From assembly GCF_964188315.1 (NCBI RefSeq), contig NC_135659.1, positions 77,438,001-77,502,000 on the forward strand: a DNA stretch of 64,000 nt, read 5' to 3'. The notes under the pieces are model-generated. The model saw nothing but the letters and a program-made list of their open reading frames with translations, searched no databases and was not told where the DNA came from. The translations under genes and the position numbers were made by a program. The DNA comes from Podarcis muralis (lineage: Eukaryota). Each line of letters starts with the position of its first letter. Position 1 is the first letter of the stretch. Shown in pieces: positions 50,401 to 62,188 of this stretch.

Positions 50401-50526
50401 CAGCTAGTGTTCAAGCTGCACTGCAAAGAAAGATCCCAGCTGATCCAAACAGGGCTTGAAGTCGCTGCCAATCAACCTATCTTAACCAGTGCTCCTCTAT
50501 CAAAAGGGATTGGTTATGCTGTAGAG

Positions 50527-50662
50527 CAGGCTTCCTCAACCTCAGCCCTCCAAATGTTTTTGGCCTACAACTCCCATGATCCCTAGCTAGCAGGACCAGT
50601 GGTCAGGGATGATGTGAATTGTAGTCTCAAAACATCTGGAGGGCCGAGGTTGAAGAAGTCTA
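50527..50662. mobile_element. hAT MITE (136 bp), same family as 49807
   Basis: CAGGCTTCCTCAAC / GTTGAAGAAGTCTA ends; perfect 8-bp TSD CTGTAGAG. Confidence 0.92.
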
Positions 50663-51124
50663 CTGTAGAGTTCCCGAATAGAAACTCTGTAGTATAGCTG
50701 AACCCAGGGGTGCTTGAAGTAACTGTCCATCAGCTGACTGGTGCTGAATCCTAACCTCACTTTTGATAGGGATCTCATTAGAAGCTCCCCAATGGATTCC
50801 AGTCAGGCTTGCATTTGCTGCCAAATTTAAACAGTGCCAGACATGAGCCCTGCTTGCTAAGGAAATATTTGGAACACATTTTAAGGCTCCAGATTGTTCC
50901 TTGTCAGCCACATCTTTGCCTGCCCCACCCCTGACATCATAAATGTGGTGTGGGTGGGTGGCTGGGGGAAATGGTCTAATGGGCCAAATTAGGATCCCCT
51001 CTGGCCTTGTGGACTGGTGGTTCTCCATCACTGCTCTTTGGGATTGTTACTCCACAGGCTTTCTTGTTGCCATTTCCTACTCAAATGTGCAGCTTCCCAA
51101 GGCTCTTTTGGTTGTTTCTGTTGT

Positions 51125-51126
<2 letters not shown>

Positions 51127-51158
<32 letters not shown>
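51127..51158. repeat. (AG)n microsatellite
   Basis: Direct reading. Confidence 0.95.
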
Positions 51159-51160
<2 letters not shown>

Positions 51161-53819
51161 TAGTTTGGGCCTCATAAATGAACTTTAAGAAGGAATAAAA
51201 GAACTGACAATGAGAGACACGGCAACCTTTATATGTGTGGAAAATTTCCAACACTGAGACTAGACAACATTGCACCTATTTCAGTAAACAAAGTGAAACA
51301 GTTCCTGTCTTCCTCTAATCTTCCCATTTATTTTTATGGGATTGTTATCCCCTAAAAAATTGACCTAAAAATAACATCTTTCCTTCTTTGTTTATCCGTT
51401 TTATATCCATCTTTATTAAAGGAGGAAAATGAGAACTTTCCAATGTGAAATTTCAATTGTTTACTTACTAATCTAATCAGTGACAACTTATGCTCTTAGA
51501 TTTACGACTTTACAAAAATTAGATCTATCCGTTCACCAAAGCCTGTTCTAGGGAGGATAATTACACCAATACAATCTGGGCTTATTATCCTATCTCTCCC
51601 AGCCCCTCCTCTTTATAAGACAGCAACATTTCCTACATGCGTTCAGTGAAGCTGAAAATGATATTTTGATAATGGACCCACAGCAAATGTTCAACAAGGC
51701 TGAATGACAATGTGAGACTTTATTAAGGGATGATGCTGGCAAAGCCTCCCCATCCTCATTAATGGGAGTCATTAATGAAGGGGAGTTGGAAGAGGGGGGG
51801 TGGGTTGAGCCAGTTACTGATTGATTTTCAGATTATCTCCTCTTAATATAACAACAAACACAAGGTATTCCAATGGCCGAATTACAGCTGTCGTGCAGAA
51901 TATTTTATCTGTCTAATACCAAGCCATTGGGTTTGTAGTGCATTCCATCTCTGAAGCGTAGAGTGGATATTCTAGATGTTCTCTGGAATTAAAATGAATG
52001 CGTGGAGTTGGAGAGGGTAATATAGTTGTCGGCTCTAACCCCAACCTAAAATGTGCTCATTGGATGTTTGTAGAGAGCCCCCATGCATACAGCTGGACTG
52101 CCTGAGGGCTCTCTTCTTGTAAGGATGCTGAAGTAATTCAATCTCTCTGAATTCCAGTATGAACTGTAGATCAACAACATCTTCTGGACTAATGAAAGGA
52201 TTCCAGTGCTTTTTTTTTCTGGGGAAACTCAAGGGTACGCAGTTACCAGCACCTGTTTTTTCCAATGTTAAAAATGTGGCACTTACTGTAACAATTTAAA
52301 GGTGAGTACTGGCACCCTGTTTTCCTAAGGAAAAGCACTGATTATAACTTTATCCTTTAGATTTCTCAGCTCAAGGAATTTATCAAAATGCAATTCAATG
52401 CATCAAAAAGGTTCTTGGAGATGTTCAGGTATGGGGTTGGTGAATTCCCCAAGGAAGGAAATATTGACTTGTACTATCCATTGCAGTACTAAATAACCGC
52501 CCCATCAGTGCAAGGATTTCCACTCTCAGAACAGGGCTCTCCCCTCCATCTCCCTTGTGCACCCCACAAAAATCTGTTCTGTGGGTTCCTCCAAGCTTCT
52601 GGAGCAGATTTGGGGAGAAGAGAGAGAAAGTCCCATTATGCAAACAGAGATTATTATGTTTAAGGGATGGTTACTTAGAACTGCATTAGAGAGAAGCCAT
52701 TATCTCCACATTATACATGTGGAACTGTGGTGGAACAGAGAAATTAGTGGTTCACTACAAACCATCCACTGAGCTGATGGTTGAGTTGAGATTGGAGTTG
52801 TGGGCTTCCTGGCTGAAAACCTCGGCTACCACACCAGTTCAGGTAACATACAGGTGTTAAATTCATTCCAAGTTTGATACACAAGTGTGCGCATCAGAAA
52901 AATACATTGGACCCCTAGAAATTTAGGTAAATTTAGGATTTCCCCAAAATCATAAACCTGGAGTGCATGTCTAGCTTTGAGGGCCATTAACTGCTACATG
53001 AACACACAGATACTGATTAGAAAAGAATAGCAGATCACCAATAAACAGGCTATTGGTTTGTTTCCCCTCTATATGCTATGCAAATTTACCCAATATGGCT
53101 ACAGATGCAGCAGTGGTGAGCGGGCTTTGAAAACAGTTCTTTTACTGGTTTTTAATGGTGCCAGATGTCCATGTGGCAAGGAAGAAGGGAGGAGTGTGAT
53201 GAAACTGTGAATTGGACCCTGTGGAGTACAAGCTTAATCCTCAGAGCTCTGCCAAAATCTCATTCCTTTACATGGTACCACCTGTATTATTATCCCTCAG
53301 CTAAAACTGAAGGATGCTGTGGCTCCCCCCTCCAAATGTCATAATTCCTTTGCCATCTGTTTAATGTGAGGCTAACATTGTATAGACTTATGCTTATTGT
53401 CCCCCTGAGTATAAAATCATTAGGCAAATGCACAAGAAAACCACTTTCTGGTTTATTTCATTGGTGGTCTTTTACTCCAAATAATAATTCTTTAAAACAC
53501 ACATATAAACAAACTTTTAATCTACAGAGTGAGGGAAGACTCTTATTCATGCTCTCACCCAGTGAACAATTATCAGCTTACCTATATTGTTTGTTACTAA
53601 GTATTACCATTTGGGGAATATTAATAGGAGAATGTATTTGTGGGTGTTGAGGCCAGTAAGGACACACATGTTGATGATGAGAAAACAAGATGCTATACCA
53701 TATCACTTTGAAATAATCTTTTTTAAAAACAAAAAAACCTCTTTTTGCCTCTCTTACATAATTTGGTGCCATCTTGTTGATATCTCCACTTGCCCCAAAG
53801 TCCAGGCCCCTCTTCAAGT

Positions 53820-54267
53820 TAGGGGTGAGTGAATCTGTCCATTTTGGGTTTTCTCAATTTTTCATTGTTTAGTTTAGTTCTGCACATCTCCAAATCAGTT
53901 TGCAATTATGATGATGGTGGTGATGATTAAGTCACCATGAAAATTCAACAACATTTCTGCGTGGATTTCTCTTAACATGCACCTCGTTGTGATTTTGCCT
54001 AATATACATATTTTGCAAAGCATTTTTTCCTTAATATAGTGTATTTCTGTAGGATATGTCCACAAATACTGTATACACATTGTTGTGCACACTTTATTCT
54101 AGTATATGCCTTTTGTACTCATTGGGAGGCAGACACCACTGCAATATGCAGGAAAATGTGAATTTTGAAGAACAGCTGTATTTCGGTTCATGTATTATTT
54201 TTGAAAGTGCAAATTAGTTAGGTTCACCTAAAAATGAGAACTGAATTGAATTTCACCTCCTTCCCTA
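53820..54267 (-). mobile_element. hAT-type TAGGGATGGG-family copy, inverted
   Basis: TAGGGGTGAG...CCTTCCCTA ends; reverse complement colinear with 42917 and 45441. Confidence 0.72.
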
Positions 54268-54390
54268 TTTCACATTAATTGCTCCTAAGGAGTTTTCTGA
54301 TGTTGGTGTACATTGTTTCCAGATGATAGATGATAGCTGAAAACTATCCCTCCAAGACCTTTCCCCCTATGTTATAGAGTATTTATGCTT

Positions 54391-54764
54391 AAAGGTAAAG
54401 TAAAGGTAAAGGTACCCCTGCCCGTACGGGCCAGTCGTGTCCGACTCTAGGGTTGTGCGCCCATCTCACTTAAGAGGCCGGGGGCCAGCGCTGTCCGGAG
54501 ACACTTCCGGGTCACGTGGCCAGCGTGACGAAGCTGCTCTGGTGAGCCAGCACCAGCGCAGCACACGGAAACGCCGTTTACCTTCCCGCTATAAAGCGGT
54601 ACCTATTTATCTACTTACACTTAGGGGTGCTTTCGAACTGCTAGGTGGGCAGGAGCTGGGACCGAGAGACGGGAGCTCACCCCGCCGCGGGGATTCGAAC
54701 CGCCGACCATGTGATCGGCAAACCCTAGGCGCTGAGGTTTTACCCACAGCGCCACCCGAGTCCC
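54391..54764 (-). mobile_element. Sauria SINE, distinct and CpG-rich (young) subfamily
   Basis: Full copy with diagnostic differences (GGTACCCCTGCCCGTACGGG, CACTTAAGAGGCCGGGG) and many intact CpGs. Confidence 0.93.
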
Positions 54765-54970
54765 TATTTTTCTTATGCTTATGTTTTCTTATGCTTATGT
54801 TTCTTAATTATTTTATTTATTATTATTTAGCACTTATTTTTTTCATTCATTATGAAACATGTTAGGAATATTTGCACGTTGCATTCAACAAATGTACAAT
54901 CTGTGCACCTGTGTACACAAATAACTAAGTCATGCAGGCGTTCAGTGTGAACAAACCATCTCCCACTCAA

Positions 54971-55035
54971 CATTCCAGGAACTGAACCTGGGATCATCTA
55001 CATGCAAAAATTCCCTCTGCTACCGAACCATGTCC
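54971..55035 (-). mobile_element. Squam3-like SINE tRNA-head fragment
   Basis: Reverse complement ...TTTGCATGTAGATGATCCCAGGTTCAGTTCCTGGAATG resembles the 34694 head. Confidence 0.5.
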
Positions 55036-56645
55036 ACCTCATGGCTTCTTTAGCATGCATTCAGTAAAAGGTTTCTATGAAGCCTGTTATACATTTTCTT
55101 TCTGAAATGGAACTTGACACTAGTGCCATCCCTTTAGTATTGCTCTCTGCTACCAACTATTTTACTGTTGATACATGCAAATCAAGTAGCTTCAGTAGTC
55201 CCATTCTGATTTTTTAAAAAACAACCTCAACCAAACCACTTCTTCATTTCCCCAGTTCACATGTATTTTCTCAGCCAAGTTTGCAAATAGAAACTGAATA
55301 AACAGAAGGGAACATCATAATAAATATAACCTGGGATGCATCTGCAGCTTAGAGGAATGTAATTGCATTATGGTAATGGAAAATATTGTAGGCTGAAGCA
55401 GCAGCAGTCACTTTGGAGGTCCACTTGTGTAGTGCCTAACTGAGACACATGTGTCAAAATGCCAGTACACAGATTCATAAATAAATTCATTATTTGTTTG
55501 AACTGGTCATGGTGTATTTCCACCAAGACATGCTTTCTCAGCAGCAACAAAAAAAGAGGAGTACAATAGAGAAAGAAACGATATAATAAGTAAGATGAGA
55601 TACCCAGGATCACTGAATTCCTATCTAGCTAATAGTAGTATGATTAAACGTTTTAAAATCCATTATATCCCTTTTTGATCACTGAGGTCTTCATGGGAGT
55701 CTCCTGTGGCTCAGATGCGTGACTCATATACTTTCAGTATTGTGGGCCCAATTTTATGGAGCTCCTTTCCAGCTGAGGTCAGACAGGCCCCTCTCCCTGT
55801 TGAACATCCAAACCTACTGAATACATATATTTTTTTAATTCCAGCAGCCAGATTAACTGAATTTTGATTTTTTTTTTAGTCTTTATCTTTATTGTATCAA
55901 GTTACTTGTACACCACTTAGATATACATTGTCTTAAGTTAATAAATACAATTTCTTAAACAAATACTTTCATCTACACTATGACAGTGTATCTTACTCAC
56001 CTGCAGCAATCTTCACCTTTTCTTGGCTCTGCTCTCCTTAGATCTCCCAGATCTTGATTTCACAACACCTCCACCCTCCACAGGGGGGAATTCCCTAGGT
56101 AGTGTGTCTCATAGTGGAAATATGCAAGTTGCAGATCAAAGTTCTCCTAAGCAACACCCTAAATCTAGCATCAGGATGCAAATTTCACCACTTTTTTTTA
56201 AACATTCACCAAATTGGTACAGTGAGAAAGCCTCATCCTGAGATTTATGGGAGATTGCTACCAATCAATGTTGTTTAAAATGTTATGGCCACTGCCATCT
56301 GAAAACCAAGCAAGGTCTCATTTGAATGTCTGCCGCCTCCTTCCACATTCTATTTTAAGACTGTCACTAGATGCAGACTCCATCCCTGGCTCCAACAACA
56401 CCAGTTAAATATCTTTCTCCGCTTTCCTCCAATACACACCTTGTTTAGTTTAACATACAGCCCGATGAAGACAACTGAAAGTCTTGCAAACTATATGTTG
56501 GTTGACCTAGTGTATATTGCCCTAATGTGTATTGCCCTAATGTGGATTCTGAAACGTGAAAACCTGCATCACATGTGTATCAGAGTCTAACATAGTGGTA
56601 GCAAAATAAAAAGGAAGAAAGGAGAGAGGGAGAGATGACATAGAC

Positions 56646-56896
56646 CATGGGTAGGCAAACTAAGGCCCAAGGGCTGGATCCGGCCCAATTGCCTTTTAAA
56701 TCCGGCCCACAGACGGTCCGGGAATCAGTGTGTTTTTACATGAGTAGAATGTGTTCTTTTATTTAAAATGCATCTCTGGGTTATTTGTGGGGCATAGGAA
56801 TTTGTTCTCTTTTCTTCTTCAAAATATAGTTTGGGCCCCCACAAGGTCTGAGGGACAGTGGACCGGCCCCCTGCTGAAAAAGTTTGCTGACCCCTG
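56646..56896. mobile_element. hAT (Charlie-like) MITE, 251 bp
   Basis: CATGGGTAGGCAAAC / GTTTGCTGACCCCTG ends; perfect 8-bp TSD ACATAGAC. Confidence 0.93.
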
Positions 56897-57292
56897 ACAT
56901 AGACATTTATTGTAACCTATGTTGATATGCTTAAGAAGCTTCTTGCCTCTGCCAAACTTAGTGCTGCTCTACATTGGAAATCCATGACAGTATCAACTGT
57001 GTTACGCCGGCTTAAAAGGCCATTCAGTCTACTATTATGTAAAAATTAACTGAGCAATGTCAGAAGCATGGAAATGAAAAACTGTTTCATAAATTAAAAA
57101 TCTGATGACCTTTTGATTCATCTATAGAGAAATACTTTGTATTTGGGAATGGGGAAAGTGGTAATCTTCAACAAGGTACAACATTATATAGTTATTGCAT
57201 GGCAGCTTGTGGGATCCAGTATTTATGTTTATGATTTTGTTGGACCTCAGAAACTTTTCAGTTAAAAAGGGGGGCTTTAAAAAAATAACAGC

Positions 57293-58116
57293 ATAAGAAC
57301 AGCCTGCTGGATCAGGCAAATGCATCACAGCCTGTGAGGAACCTGCAACAAGCAGGACCCAAGCAAAATATTACTCTCCCCTCTGTAGCTTCCAGCAACT
57401 TAATTCAGAAGCTTCACTGCAGCTGACTATGGAGGCAGGGCAGGGCAGGGCCATCATGGCTAGGTGCCATTGATAGCCTTAAAGGTAAAGGGACCCCTGA
57501 CCGTTAGGTCCAGTCACGGACGACTCTGGGGTTGCGGTGCTCATCTCACTTTACTGGCCGAGGGAGCCAGTGCACAGCTTCCGGGTCATGTGGCCAGCAT
57601 GACTAAGCCGCTTCTGGCGAACCAGAGCAGCGCATGGAAACGCTGTTTACCTTCCTGCTGGAGCGGTACCTATTTATCTACTTGCACTTTGACTTGTTTT
57701 CAAACTGCTAGGTTGGCAGGAGCAGGGACCGAGCAACGGGAGCTCACCCGATCGCGGGGATTCAAATGGCCAACCTTCTGATTGGCAAGCCCTAGGCTCT
57801 GTGGTTTAGACCACAGTGCCACCTGCGTCCCTATTGATATCCTATCCAAGTTGGTGGCCATCACTGTCTCCTGTGGGAGTTCCATAGTCTAGCTATGTGC
57901 TTTTATCTGCCCTGCATCTTCCAACAGATACAGGGAGAAAAACTATTCTCTATCCACTTTCTCCTTGCCATGCATAATTTTGTAAAGTTATGTCAAGTCA
58001 CCTTTTACTTGTTCATTCTCCCAAAACTAGAAAGTCCCAAGAGCTACAGCCTTTCTTCATAGGAGAGTTGATCCATACCTTGATAAATTTGATTGCCCTT
58101 TTCTGAACCTTCTTCC
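57293..58116 (-). mobile_element. CR1-type LINE 3' fragment interrupted by a Sauria SINE
   Basis: Minus frames KVQKRAIKFI, MDQLSYEERL, YKIMHGKEKVDRE-like (with frameshifts); TTCTTATG tail at 57293. Confidence 0.75.
57481..57831 (-). mobile_element. Sauria SINE nested in CR1
   Basis: Full colinear copy; TSD ATTGATAGCCT/ATTGATATCCT. Confidence 0.95.
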
Positions 58117-58308
58117 ATTTTGATTTATCTCATTTTCCAACACCAAAAAAATTTGCTTGGAGGGTGCTCTGTCATGCCTAAGAGAGCCCGTTTGGATTTT
58201 GCTGGGCACAGAATCAACGAGTTTTAGAGTTGGAAGATTCCTTTGGGATCATTCAGTCCAAGCTTCTGTGCAATGCAAGGTCTACAGTGCAGGATACACC
58301 AAAAGAAG

Positions 58309-58369
58309 AGCTCAGTCAGTAGAGTGTGAGGCTCTTTATCTCAGGGTCATGCGTTCGAGCCCCACATTG
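58309..58369 (+). mobile_element. tRNA-Lys(CUU)-derived SINE head (Squam2-like) or decayed tRNA copy
   Basis: AGCTCAGTCAGTAGAGTGTGAGGCTCTTTATCTCAGGGTCATGCGTTCGAGCCCCACATTG resembles tRNA-Lys; acceptor stem missing and several stem mismatches. Confidence 0.7.
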
Positions 58370-60904
58370 CTTGTGAGCTTCCAGAATCACCTGGTCAGCT
58401 GCTGTTGGAGACAGAATGTGGAATAAATGAGTCTTGTTTTGTACTAATGCAACAAGGCTTTTTTTAGTATTCTGAAAAATGTTTGTGTGTGTGCATTGCT
58501 TTGCTGCTGCTGCTGTTTGCATTCCTTGGTCTTATAATTCAAATGAAGAAACAATGTTGGGATATTTGGCCCTTCGGTTAATCTGATTGGCTGAGCACAT
58601 TTAGCAGTCTGTAAAAACAGATCAAAGAATGCAGGAATCTGTCAGGGTATTTTATGTCCAATCTCCTCAGAGCTTTCCCCCCCATCCTTCCCAAAGAAGA
58701 AGGGCGGAGGTGGGGTTGTTGCGGGGGGAGAGGGAAGCAAGAAGTCAACCCCAGAAATTCAGAATGGCAGAGTGCAGTTCTCTTCAGTCCTGCCCTTTCA
58801 GCCTTTCTAACTGACGGGGGTGTCAACAGCGATAAGCAAGAGGAAAAACGATGGCTGGCACTGAGAGAGTTCAGGCTGGGACAGTTTGATCTCTCCCAGA
58901 GCTCTCTCGGCACTTGAAGATCACTGCTTTTGACACATTTCTCCAGCTGCTGAATGAGAGGATTTACTTGGGTGAAATTTAGGCCCGAGGGGGACGTGAA
59001 AATCATATTCATAATTTGAAGTGACATGTGATTCGGGATTAAAAAGCTGCCTGGCAGAGAAAAGAGCTGAGGTTATCCTTTTGAGCTGTGCTAATGCAGA
59101 AAACTGCCTTTTTAATCCTGTTTTTAAAAGGCCTAGAAGGTTTCCAGCTGGGGCAGTTGGAATCGAAAGAAGAGGTGGAGATGAGGAATCCCTTTTAATG
59201 TTTGGGGTGGGGAGGAAATCTACTGTAGGTTTCCCCCCCCCCTTTTTTTTCTGAAATGGCAAGCTGCAAAGCATTAATTGAACATTCTGGATCTCGCCCA
59301 TCAATTCTTGTGTGTGGCAATTTGAGGCACTTTCAATCAAGGAAGTATTGGCAACTAGGCAGGCTGCTGAAATGCTAAAAAGAGGAATTACTAAAGAGGG
59401 AAGCACTCAGGCCAAAAAGGCTGGTGGGCTCTTTTGCTGATAAAAATATTCCATCAAAAGAGATAATTCAATCTACATTTTGCTTTGCAAGACTACAGTT
59501 CAGGGATCAGGGGGTTCTCCTAGATTAGCTGTCGTGTCAGATTTTTATGTTCTTCACTGCCAAGATGTAACAAATCTTCATACTCTTCCTTCCCACACAT
59601 CTGTGTTATAACTGAGAATTAAGTCTATTCATTTGTTTCCCTTCGATGGTGAACATGCAAAATTGCACATGCGTGTCCACAATAGACGTGATCTGCTTCT
59701 TGGGGGATGAAGGGAGAGAATAGCGGGTCACCATGAGAGAGGATTTTGCAATGCAGCTGGATCAAGGATTGTGAAATAGTCATGATCAGCTTCTCCTGAC
59801 AGGCATTAGGAGACTGAATTAATAAGGTGTATCTAGGTGAAGAGATGCACAGGTATAATAGTGCAGATGTGCTGAGGAAGGAAGGAAGGAAAAAAGAAAG
59901 AAACTTTGGATGTTAACTTTGGTTCTTAACAGTCACCAGTAGTTATTTGGTTTACTCCATACAGTTTCTCTCTTACTGTTTGATTAACTGGATTGTTTTA
60001 ACATTTGTTTATATTCCCTGCTCATTTTATGTTATTTCATTTTATATTCTTACCAAGGTTAATAGAGAAAAAGCCCAGCAACATCACTTTCCGCCTTGAC
60101 TGTGGCTAGTCAGCAGTGATTTGGATGTGGTGCTCCACCAAGGAATCTCCCATCCGTCGCCACGGTAAGATTGGGATCATTAATCAAGATCAGAAGCCCA
60201 TTCAGTTACTCATTCTAGAAAGGCAATTTTTGTTTCATCATTGCTCAACACAATTTTTACAACTTTTTTTTCTGCTAAAGAAACCTAACATCATTGGTAG
60301 AGTGTCTAAAGGGAACAAAAAGATTAAGAAAAAGTCAAATGGAAATCTGAAAAGATATTCAGATTGCCTAAATAGGCTGTCGAGTTGTGCACTGGGAGCA
60401 GTGCATTCATTTCTGGACATTTCCCAAGCTTACTGTTAGCACATCATTATGAATGTGGAGTTTAGAAAGGCCATGTTGTCTTGTTTTCATGTTGTCTTAT
60501 TTTCAGATCTTACAATATATATAGTAAATAAATCTTCATAAGAAAAATAAAATAACTGCATCTATCTATATGTTATTTTCAGATGAATTTATAGATGACA
60601 TCATCCTGCATTGCATTGGTGATATATGCAATGAATTTCATCATCTCACATTTCCTTTTTTTGACATATCTGAATTTTCAGGTCAGGACAAAGGCAGTCA
60701 CTTTTTTGTGTCAACTCAAATAATGTCACTGGAAGGGCAATAGAAATAGCTGGAAACCTGACGTATAATACATTCCCAGGAAACCCCATACCAGCTTACA
60801 TCATATTTACTCATAGGTGAGGAGCAACATGCTGGAATATTTGTAGGACATCAATGAACCTCAGCAGACCTTCAGATTACAAGAGCCAAAATATGGCACA
60901 CTTC

Positions 60905-60956
60905 TTTATCTTATACCAAGAACAAACTTAGTTGGTCTCTAAGGTGCCACTGGGGA
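60905..60956 (+). mobile_element. Older remnant of Penelope family A terminus
   Basis: ATACCAAGAACAAACTTAGTTGGTCTCTAAGGTGCCACTGG versus 40449-40489 ATACCAAGAACTAACTTAGTTGGTCTTTAAGGTGCTACTGG. Confidence 0.75.
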
Positions 60957-61060
60957 TATATATATATATATATATATATGCTTTCGTAGATTTTCACGGG
61001 TATAGGAATGCAGGTTTTGGTGTCCTCGGGTGTCTTCCCGTGTAAAAGTTGGGGTGTCTA

Positions 61061-61103
61061 GGCGACGTTTCGACGAGGTCTCACTCGTCATCTTCAGGCT
61101 GGT
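61061..61103 (-). ncRNA. Hammerhead-like motif, inverted copy
   Basis: Identical core to 61621-61663. Confidence 0.55.
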
Positions 61104-61620
61104 GCTTTCGGCTTCTTGTTACTGGAACAGGCAAGCGGGATGTGTCGACACGCTTGTTCATGTTGTGAGGGTGTTTCTCTATCTCGATGGCTTCCATGAT
61201 TATTCTCTTGTGGTGATGTTCCATGTTAAAGAGCAATTTGGAATCTGCAAAATTAATTTCGTGTCCTGTTTCTTTCATGTGTTGGAAAAGAGAGGAACCC
61301 CTATACACGAAGCCAAGCCAGAGCACAACTAAGTGCATCTTCTCAGAAAAACTCTTCACAAAGTTCAAGAGGTCAAGACACAAAGGCTTTAGCAACTAAT
61401 CCACACCTAATGACCCACCTAAGTGGTACTCAGGATATCACTCAAGAAATCACTCAAGATATCCCTCAAGTAATTAAGGAACAAAAGAAGAAAAGGCACA
61501 CTAGCCTGGGAACTTCCTCTCTGCCCAGAACATTGGAGGCTATACACCACACCTCAACAGTATTTATAGGAACTCAAACACTGAGACCCTGCTCTGTTCC
61601 AGTAACAAGAAGCCGAAAAC

Positions 61621-61663
61621 ACCAGCCTGAAGATGACGAGTGAGACCTCGTCGAAACGTCGCC
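61621..61663 (+). ncRNA. Hammerhead-like motif (minimal type I variant)
   Basis: CUGAAGA-U-GACGAG(UGAGAC)CUCGUC-GAAA-CGUC; 6-bp stem II, palindromic ACGU stem III, but only about 2 bp of obvious stem I. Confidence 0.55.
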
Positions 61664-61810
61664 TAGACACCCCATCTTTTACACGGGAAGACACCCGAGG
61701 ACACCAAAACCTGCATTCCTGTACCCGTGAAAATCTACGAAAGCATATATATATATATATATATATTGCAATGTAGCTATTCTTCTGACAATTAGAGAGC
61801 ATATAAATGA

Positions 61811-61901
61811 AGGTGGCTATCCTATGGACACTTACCTGGGAATAGGTCCCACTGAACTCAAGAAATCTTACTTCTAAGTAGACATGCATAGAAATGCACT
61901 G
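61811..61901. mobile_element. Short palindromic MITE-like repeat
   Basis: ATCCTATGGACACTTACCTGGGAATAGGTCCCACTGAACTCAA...CTTACTTCTAAGTAGACATG, same family as 27997. Confidence 0.55.
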
Positions 61902-62164
61902 TGTTAATATTATCTCAAGTCAAAGCTAAAACGAAAGTTCCTAAAACATTTCAAGTGAGGAGGAACTCCCCATCTCAGTTCACTTGGAATTTTGCCTGAA
62001 GCGAAAGTGTGTCAGCTCCATGGGTAAAAGTAGGCATTTCTTTGTAAATGTATGGCCACAAGTCTGCATTTGACAAAATAACAAGGAATGCAGGGAGAAG
62101 GTGAATGAAGGGATTTTTTTCCTGGCTGGAAGGAAATCCTCCCCCCAAGCTTAACTGCTTCTGT

Positions 62165-62188
62165 ACATGCAAATTCTCACATGCAAAT
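62165..62188 (+). promoter_or_regulatory. Tandem POU octamer motifs in a repeat-free block
   Basis: ACATGCAAAT at 62165 and 62179 (14-bp period); function inferred only. Confidence 0.35.

Larger units (their letters stand above)
60979..61745 (+). mobile_element. Penelope-like element (family B), truncated, with inverted pseudo-LTR arms and GIY-YIG remnant
   Basis: 152-bp inverted arms 60979-61130 / 61594-61745 (about 3 mismatches); minus frame SSLFQHMKETGHEINFADSKLL...KRIIMEAIEIEKHPHNMNKR is the PLE GIY-YIG C-terminus; (TA)n on both sides. Confidence 0.88.

Noticed and set aside
58309-58369. Functional tRNA-Lys gene
   Set aside because: 5' acceptor strand absent, stems mismatched, anticodon loop altered
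58578-59406. 149-aa and 161-aa minus-strand ORFs as coding exons
   Set aside because: No homology recognised, no bounding splice signals, low-complexity composition
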